Assembly: GCF_964204645.1 (NCBI RefSeq)
Contig: NC_134030.1
Span: 16,120,110-16,184,109, forward strand
DNA length: 64,000 bases
From: Tubulanus polymorphus
Taxonomy: Eukaryota > Animalia > Nemertea
Direction of reading: 5' to 3'
Below are positions 20,941-32,219 of the stretch, piece by piece. The notes under the pieces are model-generated. The model was not told the DNA's origin, did no database searches, and was given only the letters and a program-made list of their open reading frames with translations. The first letter of the stretch is position 1. Each line of letters starts with the position of its first letter. A program made the position numbers and the translations under genes.

Positions 20941-21164
20941 AATACCAGTCGTTACGGTTCCCTACAACGACGGCTAGGTACTAGACTACACAACAGTGAA
21001 CTCCAGTCCATCATCAGTTTTTTGGTTGGAGCATAGAACTATGGTTGGAGGTGGATATTTTGCCAATGCGGCGGTAGTATTTTAGTAAACGATATTTTGC
21101 CAATGGCTAAATATAATAAGATATAGGCCTACTAATAAGATATACGACGTAAAATATAATCTAT

Positions 21165-21262
21165 GTTAGGGTTAGGGTTTTAATAGGGTTACAGGGTCCA
21201 GGTTAGGGTGAGGTTTTTATTAGGATTGTGTTTTACCCCTAGGGATAGGGTTAGGGTAAGGT
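21165..21262 (+). repeat. Degenerate TTAGGG-like tract
   Basis: gttagggttagggtt, ggttagggtgagg, gggttagggtaagg. Confidence 0.55.
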
Positions 21263-21314
21263 GAGGCTATATGTTGTCAAAACTTACAGCTGGATTGCGA
21301 AAACCTCGGTGGGT

Positions 21315-21820
21315 CTACTGTCTGTCACACATGCTCTTCGTGCGACGTTTTGGTCCGTAATTTCGTTAATAATCGGTTGATCTGTAAATATTATGCATCA
21401 ATTTGTTCAGTAAGGAATTTGCATTCAGAAATAAATCATGAACTGGCAGAAATTTGTTTGTGTTTTCTTCTATCAGCGATAGTTTACCTAGCATACGCTC
21501 GCGTAATGCTGAAAAACGGCTATTATGGCCCGTCACGAGGCGCCACCTACTGTATTTTGATATGCTAATGAGCAGGTGATGACGTCACTGTAACGTTTCC
21601 GAGCGTCCGCGGAGAGGATCTTTCAGCATTACGCGATTGTATGCTGAGTAAACTATCGCTCATAAATGAAAACAAAAACAACTTAAGTGAAAATTGTTGT
21701 TTATTTCTGAATGCAAATTCCTCACTGAACAAATTGATGCATAATAAAGGTAGATAAACCGATTATTAACGAAATTACGGACCAAAACGTCGCACGGAGA
21801 GTAGGTGTCACAGCCAGTAG
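21315..21820. mobile_element. ~500-bp foldback MITE
   Basis: ctactgtctgtcacac...gtgcgacgttttggtccgtaatttcgttaataatcggtt mirrored by aaccgattattaacgaaattacggaccaaaacgtcgcac...gtgtcacagccagtag. Confidence 0.8.
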
Positions 21821-22020
21821 TGCCAGTGGGAATACGTTACGCTTGCAATTTGCTGGTCCGGGTTTGAATCCTGCTCATGTTCATATTTTCTCTAGGTAGC
21901 TCTGTTCTCCACACTTTCCTTCAATTTTCTAAGTCGTCCACCTCAGTGCGCATGCGCAGCGTCAATCGGCCAATCAGAACGAGCCATTGGAGAAATATCA
22001 CCTGCCCTATTTAAAATCTT

Positions 22021-22417
22021 GACTTGAGAGTACATCAGGTGGCCTAGTTCATTCAGTTTTGGTAAAGGTCTTGGTAAAAACTTTGACCTGATAAAGGTCT
22101 TATTAGAACCAGAAAGGACTGGCAGTTGACCTAAAACATCGAGTTTAAATCCACCCTTCACTTTATTGAAGGATATCCAAAAATGTGTGCGTTGAAAGGG
22201 GTTAAAAAGAGGAAAGAGACTCCATGATGTGAAAGTTTAACAATATGTTTCCATGCCTACCAACTGAAGTTTGGTATATAGGCATGGAAACGTTCGAGTC
22301 AATTTTCTCTTTTCAAACCCATTCAATGAAGACTTTTTTATATCCTTCAATACAGTTCAAAATGGATTAAAAATCATATGTTTTAGGTCAACTGCCAGTC
22401 CTTTCTGGTCCTAATAA
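22021..22417. mobile_element. Second, uninterrupted but right-truncated copy of the 19465-20940 foldback family
   Basis: Same arm sequence and same palindrome centre ccaactgaagtttgg. Confidence 0.75.
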
Positions 22418-22589
22418 AGCCGGTTCATGCCGACAAACTGGCATATGACAAAAAATCTTTCAAAGAGTTATTTGGCTACAAACTTTGCGTTGTTTACTGA
22501 CATACTGACAAACCGACATACTCATAGCCCCTCGATCCAGCCACAGGTAATCCAGGGGAAAACCCTGTCCCTCGATCCTAGCAATATTT

Positions 22590-23120
22590 TACAAGGGTAA
22601 TCCACGCGACACACAGTTCCTCGATCCCAGCCACTTTATATAAGGGTAATCCACGCGCCACGCAGCCCCTTGATCCCAGCCACTTTGTATAAGGGTAATC
22701 CACGCACCACACAGCCCCTCGATCCCAGCCACTTTGTATAAGGGTAATCCACGCGTCACACAGCACCTCGATCCCAGCCACTTTATATAAGGGTAATCCA
22801 CGCGTCACACAGCATCTCGATCCCAGCCACTTTATATAAGGGTAATCCACGCGTCACACAGCACCCCGATCCCAGCCACTTTATATAAGGGTAATCCACG
22901 CGACACACAGCACCTCGATCCCAGCCACTTTGTATAAGGGTAATCCACGCATCACACAGCATCTCGATCCCAGCCACTTTATATAAGGGTAATCCACGCG
23001 TCACACAGCACCCCGATCCCAGCCACTTTATATAAGGGTAATCCACGCGACACACAGCACCTCGATCCCAGCCACTTTGTATAAGGGTAATCCACTCGAC
23101 ACACAGCACCTCGATCCCAG
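22590..23120 (+). repeat. 49-bp tandem satellite, ~11 units
   Basis: Unit aagggtaatccacgcgtcacacagcacctcgatcccagccactttatat. Confidence 0.93.
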
Positions 23121-24600
23121 TTTCGCAATGTGATTAGCTTTGCTCAGGCATTTCTCCCCTTTCGACAGTTCTGCAATCTCATTGGACAAGTACTGATATT
23201 ACACACCTTGACGAAAAATCCCGTCGAAGGTATCTTCTACGAGTCTTCTTCAAGTCGATTTCTTGCTGAAGCATATTATTTATCCAGACAGCCATAGTCG
23301 CTGTGGTGAGCTCTAAGCATGGAATTAAGGCTTTTTTTAACAACCAGGGCGACTCTTGATTTGCCAAGGAGCAGCGAACAGGCTATCAGGCCTTCAGTAT
23401 CAACAAGCCTCAGATACGATGCGGTGCCCTAACCGATAACACAAGCATCTGAAAAATGATACAGAACATGATGCTACAAAGGCTGCTCAGTTTCAGATTC
23501 TTGGAGCTAGGATTGTATTCAACAAAGAAACATCCAACCACTGTTTCCAGGCAGCGGACTCTGATTCGGGTACAGGTGAGTCCCAGCCTATCTTCACTTC
23601 GCATAAGCTTAACCGGTGTAAGATGAGCTTCGCTGGAAGTATATTGGCGAGATGAACCGCATTGGGGTAACATGATGCCACCACTGAAAGTAGCACTCGA
23701 CGTGACATGGTCTGACTCTTAATGCTGACCTTGAAACTGAAGCTGTCATCACTTGGCATTCAGGGTTACTCATGTCTGTTGGGTTCATCTCATGAGCATG
23801 GTCGTTCTCCGATAGTGCCCATGATGGAGATATCTTTACACTGATTCAAGTTGAACCCTCTGTGTTGGCATAAACTCTTCAACTCAAACGTAAGACTGAC
23901 AGATTTTGCCGGGTCAGCAGGACACTTCAAGCATTCATTGACGACTTATGTTTCATACCACTTCGTAGGCGAAATCATCAGCATTATCGATAGCCGTTTG
24001 AGGCAAGGGCATGTTTGCGTAGCTTGGTGATGAGACAGCTCCAAATAGGTGAACAGTTATATGGTAGCACCCGGGTTCTTTTGTCACATTGGTCCACCAC
24101 AAGAAACGTAGGCAGTCACGATCTTTTGGTGCCACCCTAACTTGAAAGAACATCCTTTCTATATCAGCTTTCAGTGGTACTTCACCCTCACAAAACCGAT
24201 GCTGTATACAAACAAGAATTTTCATAAGGTTGGGCCCTTGTAACAGTTCGAAGTTCAACGACACTCCGTTGAACTACGCTGAGGCATCGAAAACGACATG
24301 AACCTTGTGTGGTTTCATCGGGTGACAGACACTGTGATGGTGTAGATACCATACGCGGCCGTTGGTTATTACGCTATCTGGGGGTACCAGTTTGGCGTAA
24401 CCTGACTTGATTACCATCGACATAAGTTCGGTAGTGATCACGGAATGCTTAGTTTCCTACGTTAGCCTTCTAAACGCACAGGGGGTAACTAAAGTTATTC
24501 GGCAGTTTAACTAAGTTCAATGCGAAAGGCAAGTCAATGGTTGTCTTGGAGCACAATCGAATTACAATACTAATGAATCTCTTGTTTTTCTGCGAAAACT
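23121..24600 (-). pseudogene. Decayed BEL/Pao LTR-retrotransposon pol fragment (RT and RNase H region)
   Basis: LLQGPNL, ADIERMFFQVRV...DRDCLRFLW, HLFGAVSSPS; LCEVKIGWD...W..W; IPCLEL; multiple stops and frameshifts. Confidence 0.85.
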
Positions 24601-25399
24601 CTTGCCTCTCATCTTTGATTCGCTTGGAAAAGTCCAGTTAAATCGACCTTTTCAACATCTTACTGATTTCCTTGAGTGATTCGCGGGCTCCTCTCCTTCT
24701 GGCCGTCCATCGGTAGGGGAGCAGGCCGGCGATCCCTCATGGGATTCTCATAAGAAATCCAGCCATCCACCTCCCGTCACTCTCGCGACTACGGTACTAG
24801 ATACCAGTAGTAAACAGAGCCAGTGCCCAAGTCTGTGCCGCTCTCGTCTCCGGCTCCGGTTGCCCATGCATCGTCTGATATCGTGTCAAGTTGCCCAGCC
24901 GGGCCAAGAGCTTGCTCGCCCGTTCATCGCTCCCCTGGAGCATGTCGTAGGAGACATCGCCGTTTTCTTCGACCTCATCCAGCTCCTCGAGGTCAAGATC
25001 CTCAAGTAGGAGCGTCTTCAATGTCCTTACAGGAGCCGTCGCAGGAGCTCCTTGTCCCCTGAGCAGAGTCGGCAAAGGGTCGCCTCAACCCGACTGGCTC
25101 TGGAGCCCCTCGCTCTCTGTCTTCCGAGTCAGAGAACTCCAGTCCCAGGGATGTAACCCACGCGGATCCTGACCGCAAGGATTTCGACGAATTTTCTTGG
25201 ACGCAGGTCCCATCATGCATCCGGGTTCCAGGGAGTCGTCGCCTTGGATTCCACCATCCGAATTGACCACTTCCTGTTCACCATTAACGTTTGACCGACC
25301 GCCTTCGGGCTCGTTCGCTACCAGGTTCAACTTTTCAGCACCGGCGGATAGTCCGTTCTACACGTTCATTCAAAAGGTTTTATGCAAACATGGCGCCAC

Positions 25400-25809
25400 A
25401 GTAATAGGGGTTTAGTTGTTCTAAGCCAAAGGTCGAACGGTCGAGCTCATTAAAAAACAAATATTAAAAGTAATTTAAAACTATAATATATTTTCATAGC
25501 CGTGTGCATTTTCTATTATAACTAAATATTTATTCTAAGATATTAATAATTTAAATTTTAAATGCATATTGTATTAAATCAATTGGTCGCTCCGCTTCGC
25601 TACCGCTCCACTCCGCGACCAATGGATTTATTTACAATACACAAATTCATATAATCAAATATATTCAAATAATAATAATTATTCTATTATTCAACTGAAA
25701 TACACACGGCTATGAAAATATATTATAGTTTTAAATTACTTTTAATATTTATTTTTTAATGAGCTCGACCATTCAACCTTTAACCTGAACCAACTAAACC
25801 CCTATTACT
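25400..25809. repeat. 410-bp imperfect terminal palindrome of copy A
   Basis: agtaataggggtttagttg ... caactaaacccctattact; inner hairpin attggtcgc...gcgaccaat. Confidence 0.9.
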
Positions 25810-26016
25810 CTTAAAATATTCATATACATGAATAACATTTAAATTGACAGATTATTCAATATAAAAGTATATATTTACAACATTATTTCAATATTCATAT
25901 TTGTATGAGTTAGATGTTTAAACATTAAAAGTGTTAGTAAAGTGTGATTGAAATAATACATGATATAAATCATTGAACTTCTAAAATCAATTTAGTAAAA
26001 AAAATATGTATAATAA

Positions 26017-26559
26017 ATGGAATCAGAACAACCACAAACTATAAATATTACAAATAACACTGGCGTTATTAATATATACTACAAGAAGTGTTCTAAATGT
26101 GAATTAGATAAATTAGCTTTAACAGAATTTAGTAAGCGTAAGATTAGCAAAGATGGTTTTCAATATTGCTGTAAAACTTGTACTAAACTATATACCAAAC
26201 AATACCGAGAAGATAATAGAGAATCTTATAATGATTATATGACAGAATATATGAGAGAAAAATATCAAACAGATCTTAATTTTAGATTGAAACAATGCTT
26301 AAGATCTAGATTAACACAATTATTCAACAAAGAAACACATTCAGAAACACTATCTAATTTATTAGGTTGTTCAGATGAATTTTTCATTTCATGGATAATA
26401 TATCAATTCGATGATAAAATGAATATAGATAATTATGGTGAATACTTTCATATTGATCATGTGTTGCCGATTTCTAAATTTAACATGAATGATGAATACA
26501 ATAAAAAACTTATTTGGAGTTGGAAAAATTTAAGGCCTTTAGAAAAGAAGGAAAATTAA
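26017..26559 (+). CDS. HNH-type endonuclease with N-terminal Cys4 Zn ribbon (C-terminus probably frameshifted)
   Basis: KKCSKC...YCCKTC; NYGEYFHIDHVLPISKF...WKNLRPLEKKEN. Confidence 0.75.
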   Translation: MESEQPQTINITNNTGVINIYYKKCSKCELDKLALTEFSKRKISKDGFQYCCKTCTKLYTKQYREDNRESYNDYMTEYMREKYQTDLNFRLKQCLRSRLTQLFNKETHSETLSNLLGCSDEFFISWIIYQFDDKMNIDNYGEYFHIDHVLPISKFNMNDEYNKKLIWSWKNLRPLEKKEN

Positions 26560-27870
26560 ATCTAATAAACTAGATATACAGTTATATTTAGATCAACTGG
26601 ATAAAGCAAAGACATTTGTTGAATTATGGAACTCAACGCATAATGAAGAATACGTTGAAGCTTAAGCGCTTAGAAAACCGGTTACTCTCGATCTATGTCA
26701 AACCGCCTATATGCAATTGTATTAGGTTGTTTACAAAAACATCTGTCGCACGTTAATTGTATTAGGTTGTTTACAAAAACATCTGTCGCACGTTATATTC
26801 AGTTGAATAGGGTGTATCTCATTTGAATATTGATCGAATGTGCTATTTCAGTTGAAAAGGATTAATCAATAACATTACAAAGACACATCTGTTGCAGCGA
26901 CAGTGTTTAGCTAGTGAATAACTGGCAGTTATAAACGCGCGGCACATAAGCATAGGAACGCATAGGATATTCTCTCTATAAACACAATTTTAGAAGTTTA
27001 CAGTTATAAATGTAAGTACTGTTTTTGTTGTTATTAAGGCGTTGGGAAACGTTAAACATGTAAAACTTATCCTGGTAAGATGCGCCACGAGTGGCTATGT
27101 AGTGCTGTAATTAATATTTTACAACCACAACTTCAAGTTAGTTTTATTCTACGTTAGATATTTATCTTTTAGATAACAAAATGAAGGCCATTGAATCAAG
27201 AAAGTGAAGATAGATGGATGTGGAATCAGAAATTATGGATATTTCAACTCATGAGACTGTAGCCGTTTAGCCATACTGTATAGGCTTCCAATGCATTACG
27301 TTTGGCGGAATTTCAATTGCGTCATTAAGCTGTTGTTAATGACACACAGTGACAGATGTTGTATTATACTTTATTGATTCCTGCATTCCACGCATACCTT
27401 ACCGCTCGGCTGCCGAGCGGCTTGGAATGTGGAAATCGATAATGATTGTAGAATGAAATATATGTGTTTATGAAATAGTATTTCCACCAGTCGTTTCTTT
27501 GAATTTATTTTCAGTTTTAGGATTTATTATCGAGAATCCGAAATGACTTATCTGGACAGTTATAGTTACTGCTCCTAATAGATAGACAATAGTAGTGAGA
27601 TGGGGCCGTACGGCACCCACATGGTGATATTAAATCCTAATTTAAATAAAAAGTATTTAAAAAACAATAACTTCAACTAACTAGTGAATTCTATTATATT
27701 TTTAATACTTTCTTTTCAAAAGAGAATACTTTATATTTTGAATAGATTCAAATACGAATTCTTTAATTTCAAATAGCTAGTATCAGTAGTCAATACTAGA
27801 ATTCTTTAACTTTAACTATCTAGTATCAGAATACTTATAATATTTTTCTTATTAAATTTCTCTAATATAA

Positions 27871-28472
27871 ATGTCAAAGAAATCGAGTAAGAATAGTATT
27901 GATATTGAAAAACATTAGATGATTTGGGCATAAGTGATAATAAAGATACAGTTGTCTCTAATTCTATTCAAGTTAATAACAATATTGATTATGAATACTA
28001 TTTATATTGTAAGCATCATCTTCAATTATTAATTGCTGGCGGGAAATCTAAGGATTTCTTGGGAAAAATTTTAACTTATCAAGAACTAGATGCTATGAAA
28101 CCCGATAAAGTAATAAAATATTTTAAGATTTATGAAGAGGCAAGATTGGCCCGAATAGATGATTCTATTTCAGATGGTATTGTCAAATGTTATTCTAAGT
28201 TATGTAACCAGTTAATACCAATTGATGATGAAAATAAATTATATAGTGATTTGAAAACTGACTACTTAGTTATGACTGAATTACAAAAATGGGTTGGTTA
28301 TGCTTCATTCCAATTAGGATCGGTTATGACATTAATTTCTACTGGCGTCATAACATTTTCGAATATCAAACCTATGGAATATAAATCAGGTAAGAACGAA
28401 ACAGATGTACTACAACCAAACAGTGAAACAGAAAATGAATCAGAACAAAAATTAACTAAAATAAATGAGTGA
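27871..28472 (+). CDS. Polinton hypothetical protein; true start probably 27871 with an early frameshift
   Basis: TAAATG at 27868-27873; ORF 27924-28472. Confidence 0.6.
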
Positions 28473-28776
28473 TGGCGTTAAGAAAAAGCCTAGATCCGAG
28501 AAACAAATTAAATGGGCAAGAGAATTAGGTAAAAGATCTTCAGAATTCAAAAAAGCTACGAAAAAGAAATTAACTGATATAAATGAATCACCTGATATTG
28601 ATTCAAATAATAATCCATCTAATTCTTCTAATGCTGGAAGTAATTATAAATTATATATTACAATTGGATTAGTAACAGTTATTATATTATCTGGTGTAAT
28701 ATATAAATCAAAATTCAAATCTGATGATAAAGATGATTCCAATGACAATAAACCTATTATACCAGAAAATAAGTAA
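28465..28776 (+). CDS. Small basic single-TM Polinton protein
   Basis: KKPRSEKQIKWARELG; hydrophobic LYITIGLVTVIILSGVIY. Confidence 0.65.
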   Translation: MSDGVKKKPRSEKQIKWARELGKRSSEFKKATKKKLTDINESPDIDSNNNPSNSSNAGSNYKLYITIGLVTVIILSGVIYKSKFKSDDKDDSNDNKPIIPENK

Positions 28777-28830
28777 AATGATAAAGTCATTGAAACTAAA
28801 TCTAAATTATTATTAATGGATTAAAATAAG

Positions 28831-29922
28831 ATGAAAAAAGAACAATATTTAAGAGAGTTATATTATAACCTAGAGAGTGAAGTATCATATTCTAACGTTT
28901 CAGAATTATGGAATAAAATTAAATCTGATGAAGAAAATGGTAATATAAAATATAGTGAACTAACATTATGGTTACAAAATCAACCAACATATCAAATCCA
29001 CAAGAAAATGGATAAAACTTATTTAACAAGAAAAGTTATGGTTTCATACATCGATCAACAATGGCAAGCTGATTTAATTGACATGAAGAACTTAGAAGAA
29101 TACAACAAAGGATATTTCTGGATACTGAATGTTATAGACATATTCAGTAGATACGCATGGTCAATTCCAATCAAAAATAAAACTGGAATAGAAGTTACAA
29201 ATGCTTTTAAATCAATATTTAAAGAAGCTATTCCAGATAAGATACAATTTGATGAAGGTAAGGAATTTTATAACAAACATTTCAAGAAACTATTATCTGA
29301 TAACGATGTAGATTATTTTTCAACACACTCAGATAAAAAAGCATCTATTATAGAAAGATTTAATAAAACATTGAAAACTAGAATGTGGAAATATTTTACT
29401 GCTAATGAAACATATAAATATATCGATGTATTAGATGATTTAGTGAAAGGTTATAATAATTCTAAACATAGTTCTATAAATATGAAACCTATACAAGCTA
29501 GAAAAGAAGATAATTCGGAAATAGTTTGGAATAATTTATATGGCGCATTTGTTACACATGATTTCGGTAAACCTAAATTTAAAATTGGACAACACGTTAG
29601 AATATCTAAATATAGAAAAACCTTTTATAAAGGTTATACCCCTAATTTTACCGAAGAAATATTCAAGATTAAAAAGATAATATTAACTAAACCATTTGTT
29701 TATAAATTAGAAGATCTAAAAGATGAAGAAATATTAGGTTATTTTTATGAACAAGAATTATCACTTGTACCAAACCCAGATGAAATAGAATACAAACTAG
29801 AAAAAGTATTGAAAACAAAAACTCTTAAAGGAAAAAAGTATTCTTTGGTGAAATATAAAGGATATGATGATAAATTTAATGAATGGATTTTATCTAGTAA
29901 AATTAAAAGAATAAATGAATAA
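28831..29922 (+). CDS. Polinton retroviral-like (rve, DDE) integrase with C-terminal chromodomain
   Basis: QWQADLIDM, IDIFSRYAW, QFDEGKEF, SIIERFNKTLK; chromodomain YKLEKVL...LVKYKGYDDKFNEWI; ORF intact. Confidence 0.95.
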   Translation: MKKEQYLRELYYNLESEVSYSNVSELWNKIKSDEENGNIKYSELTLWLQNQPTYQIHKKMDKTYLTRKVMVSYIDQQWQADLIDMKNLEEYNKGYFWILNVIDIFSRYAWSIPIKNKTGIEVTNAFKSIFKEAIPDKIQFDEGKEFYNKHFKKLLSDNDVDYFSTHSDKKASIIERFNKTLKTRMWKYFTANETYKYIDVLDDLVKGYNNSKHSSINMKPIQARKEDNSEIVWNNLYGAFVTHDFGKPKFKIGQHVRISKYRKTFYKGYTPNFTEEIFKIKKIILTKPFVYKLEDLKDEEILGYFYEQELSLVPNPDEIEYKLEKVLKTKTLKGKKYSLVKYKGYDDKFNEWILSSKIKRINE

Positions 29923-30526
29923 AGATTTATTTATATTCGAACCGCATAATATGTTAGTTACTGGAGTAACCAATTGTAGTAAAACACATTTCATATTAGA
30001 TTTGTTAGAAACTATTTATAAGAATCATTTTGATAATATAATATTATTCTGCCCCACTTATGAAATGAATAAAACATATAATAGAGATATAGTTAAGATG
30101 AAAAAGTTTATTATATTAGATCCTAAAATAGTAAAAGAAAATTTAGATAATTGTATAAAAATAGCAATTGATACTTATAAAGGATCAAATACATTATTCA
30201 TTGTAGATGATTGCGCAAATTTACATGATTCAAAAGTGAGAGAAAGTGAGTTATGTTATGTAGCTTTCTCTGGGAGACATTTTGGGATAACAACATGGGT
30301 TTTAAATCAAAAATATAATTCAATTGTTAAAGACTTTAGGGAGAATATAAGATTTCTAGTTTTATTCTACAATAAAGATAAAAAATCTATGCAAAAATCA
30401 TTGGAAGAAAATCAAATTATACCTACTGAGTTACATGATGAATATATGAATAAATTAAAGAATAATAAAGGTTCAAAATTATTACTGAGACTACAATTTC
30501 CATATGAATATAAATTTATAAAATAA
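29915..30526 (+). CDS. Genome-packaging ATPase (A32/FtsK-HerA-like)
   Basis: Walker-A-like VTGVTNCSKT, Walker B LFIVDD, SGRHFGITTWVLNQKY, FRENI. Confidence 0.88.
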   Translation: MNKDLFIFEPHNMLVTGVTNCSKTHFILDLLETIYKNHFDNIILFCPTYEMNKTYNRDIVKMKKFIILDPKIVKENLDNCIKIAIDTYKGSNTLFIVDDCANLHDSKVRESELCYVAFSGRHFGITTWVLNQKYNSIVKDFRENIRFLVLFYNKDKKSMQKSLEENQIIPTELHDEYMNKLKNNKGSKLLLRLQFPYEYKFIK

Positions 30527-30554
30527 CTATTTATAATTTGGAATATTATAGAAA

Positions 30555-30788
30555 CTAAATTATATATCTATGTACTAGACGTACGAGTAAGAAAGTAAGA
30601 TTCTTACCAAGAAAGTAAGATTCTTAGATTCTTACGTACGTCTAGTATATAGATATATAAATTATTAAATGAATTATATAAAAATGAATAAATTATATGT
30701 TTTCTCTTAATAATAATAAAAATAGATTATATTATAACTATTTCTATACTTATATTAATAAGTTTATGTTTTTAATTTTTATGAAAAC

Positions 30789-30866
<78 letters not shown>

Positions 30867-30945
30867 CTAGATGTACGAGTAAGAAAGTAAGATTTCTTGG
30901 ATTCTTGGATTCTTACTCGTACGTCTAGTATATAGTTATATAAAT
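30555..30945. terminator. Paired hairpins flanking a (TA)n tract between convergent gene blocks; putative 3'-end signals
   Basis: actagacgtacgagtaagaa...ttcttacgtacgtctagt at ~30574-30646 and again at ~30866-30929. Confidence 0.45.
30792..30864. repeat. (TA)n microsatellite
   Basis: Uninterrupted TA run of about 70 bp. Confidence 0.95.
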
Positions 30946-30959
30946 TAGTTTTATAACAA

Positions 30960-32187
30960 TTATTCTAATTTTGTTTCTAATATATTTATAAAATCATCTC
31001 TGTTTATATCTAATTCACCAAAAGTCTTAGGTAGATTTATTAATTTTAGTCGAGTCATCTTTGAATGATAATTAGTAGGTATATTAGCTTTTTCTCTTAA
31101 TTTTTCTAAGTATTCATCAAAATCATCATTATCAAAACCAAATTGATATCCAAAATGTTTTATTAGATAACTTAAATCTATTTTTCTAATATATAATAAT
31201 TTATATATTTGTTCAGGATTATCTTCTGCATAAGCTAATAATTTATCAAATAACAACTTATAGAATATATAATATTGGTTAGTTTTAGGATTAAAATATT
31301 TGATATATTTATTTGGGTTATTTAACAATGGTATCATACTCACCATTTTATAAACATTAATTAGATGTAACTTTGATTTATAATGAGTATTTTCATCAAC
31401 AGGTTCAATTTTTTTATTACAATATTGACACGTTTTATTTCTTTCTATTTCTTCTAATTTCTTTTCATGTTCTTCTAACTTCCTTTCATTTTCGATATGC
31501 GCTTGAGATTTTTTATGTTTAGAAAAATTACTTTTAGAAATATCTAAATCACAAATGTTACAATGTTTTTTCACCAATTGTTTCATTATCATTAGTTTCA
31601 ATTGTATCAACATTATCTGTTATATTATCTATGGTATCATTTGTTTCAATTGTATTAACATTATCTATGATATTATCTATTATATTATTATCAGATATAT
31701 TATTATCATTATTATTCTTTTCTTTTTCTATATGTTTATTTGATTTCTTATGTGATGCCCAATTTTTATATGATATATATTTCTTACATACATCACAATA
31801 TTTTTCCTTTGTCTTTTTGGTTTTGATATCAGGTTCAATCTTATCATTATTAGATGTAGTAGGTATTACATTATTAGGTGTAGAGGGTATTACATTATTA
31901 GATGTAGAAGGTATTACATTATTAGATGTAGAAGGTATTACATTATTAGATGTAGTAGATATTGCATTATTAGATGTAGAAGGTATTACATTATTATCAA
32001 TTACATTACTTAAATTATCAACAACACCACTTTTATTATTATCGATTTCTATTAGTTTAGTTTTATAGATTTTGAAAATAGGATCAAATATCAAAGCTAT
32101 ATTACAAGGTATTACATAATATAAACCATCATTATTTTCATGTGTATCGATGTATGGAATATATTTATATACTTTACCTCCTTCCAT
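30960..32187 (-). pseudogene. Polinton C2H2 Zn-finger protein with internal NNVIPSTS repeats, split by a frameshift (ORFs 31558-32187 and 30960-31613)
   Basis: YCDVCKK...HKKSNKH, HCNICD...HKKSQAH, CQYCN...HYKSKLH; 24-bp repeats at ~31845-31995. Confidence 0.7.
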
Positions 32188-32219
32188 TTATTATATAAAT
32201 TTTTATTAAAGTTAAAATT

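Noticed and set aside
21165-21262. True telomere
   Set aside because: Short, degenerate and internal.
22578-23109. ORFs in the 49-bp array, or a CRISPR-like array
   Set aside because: Simple tandem satellite without spacers.
25392-25399. Polinton target-site duplication
   Set aside because: No copy has both ends in the window, and the flanks of the three termini differ.
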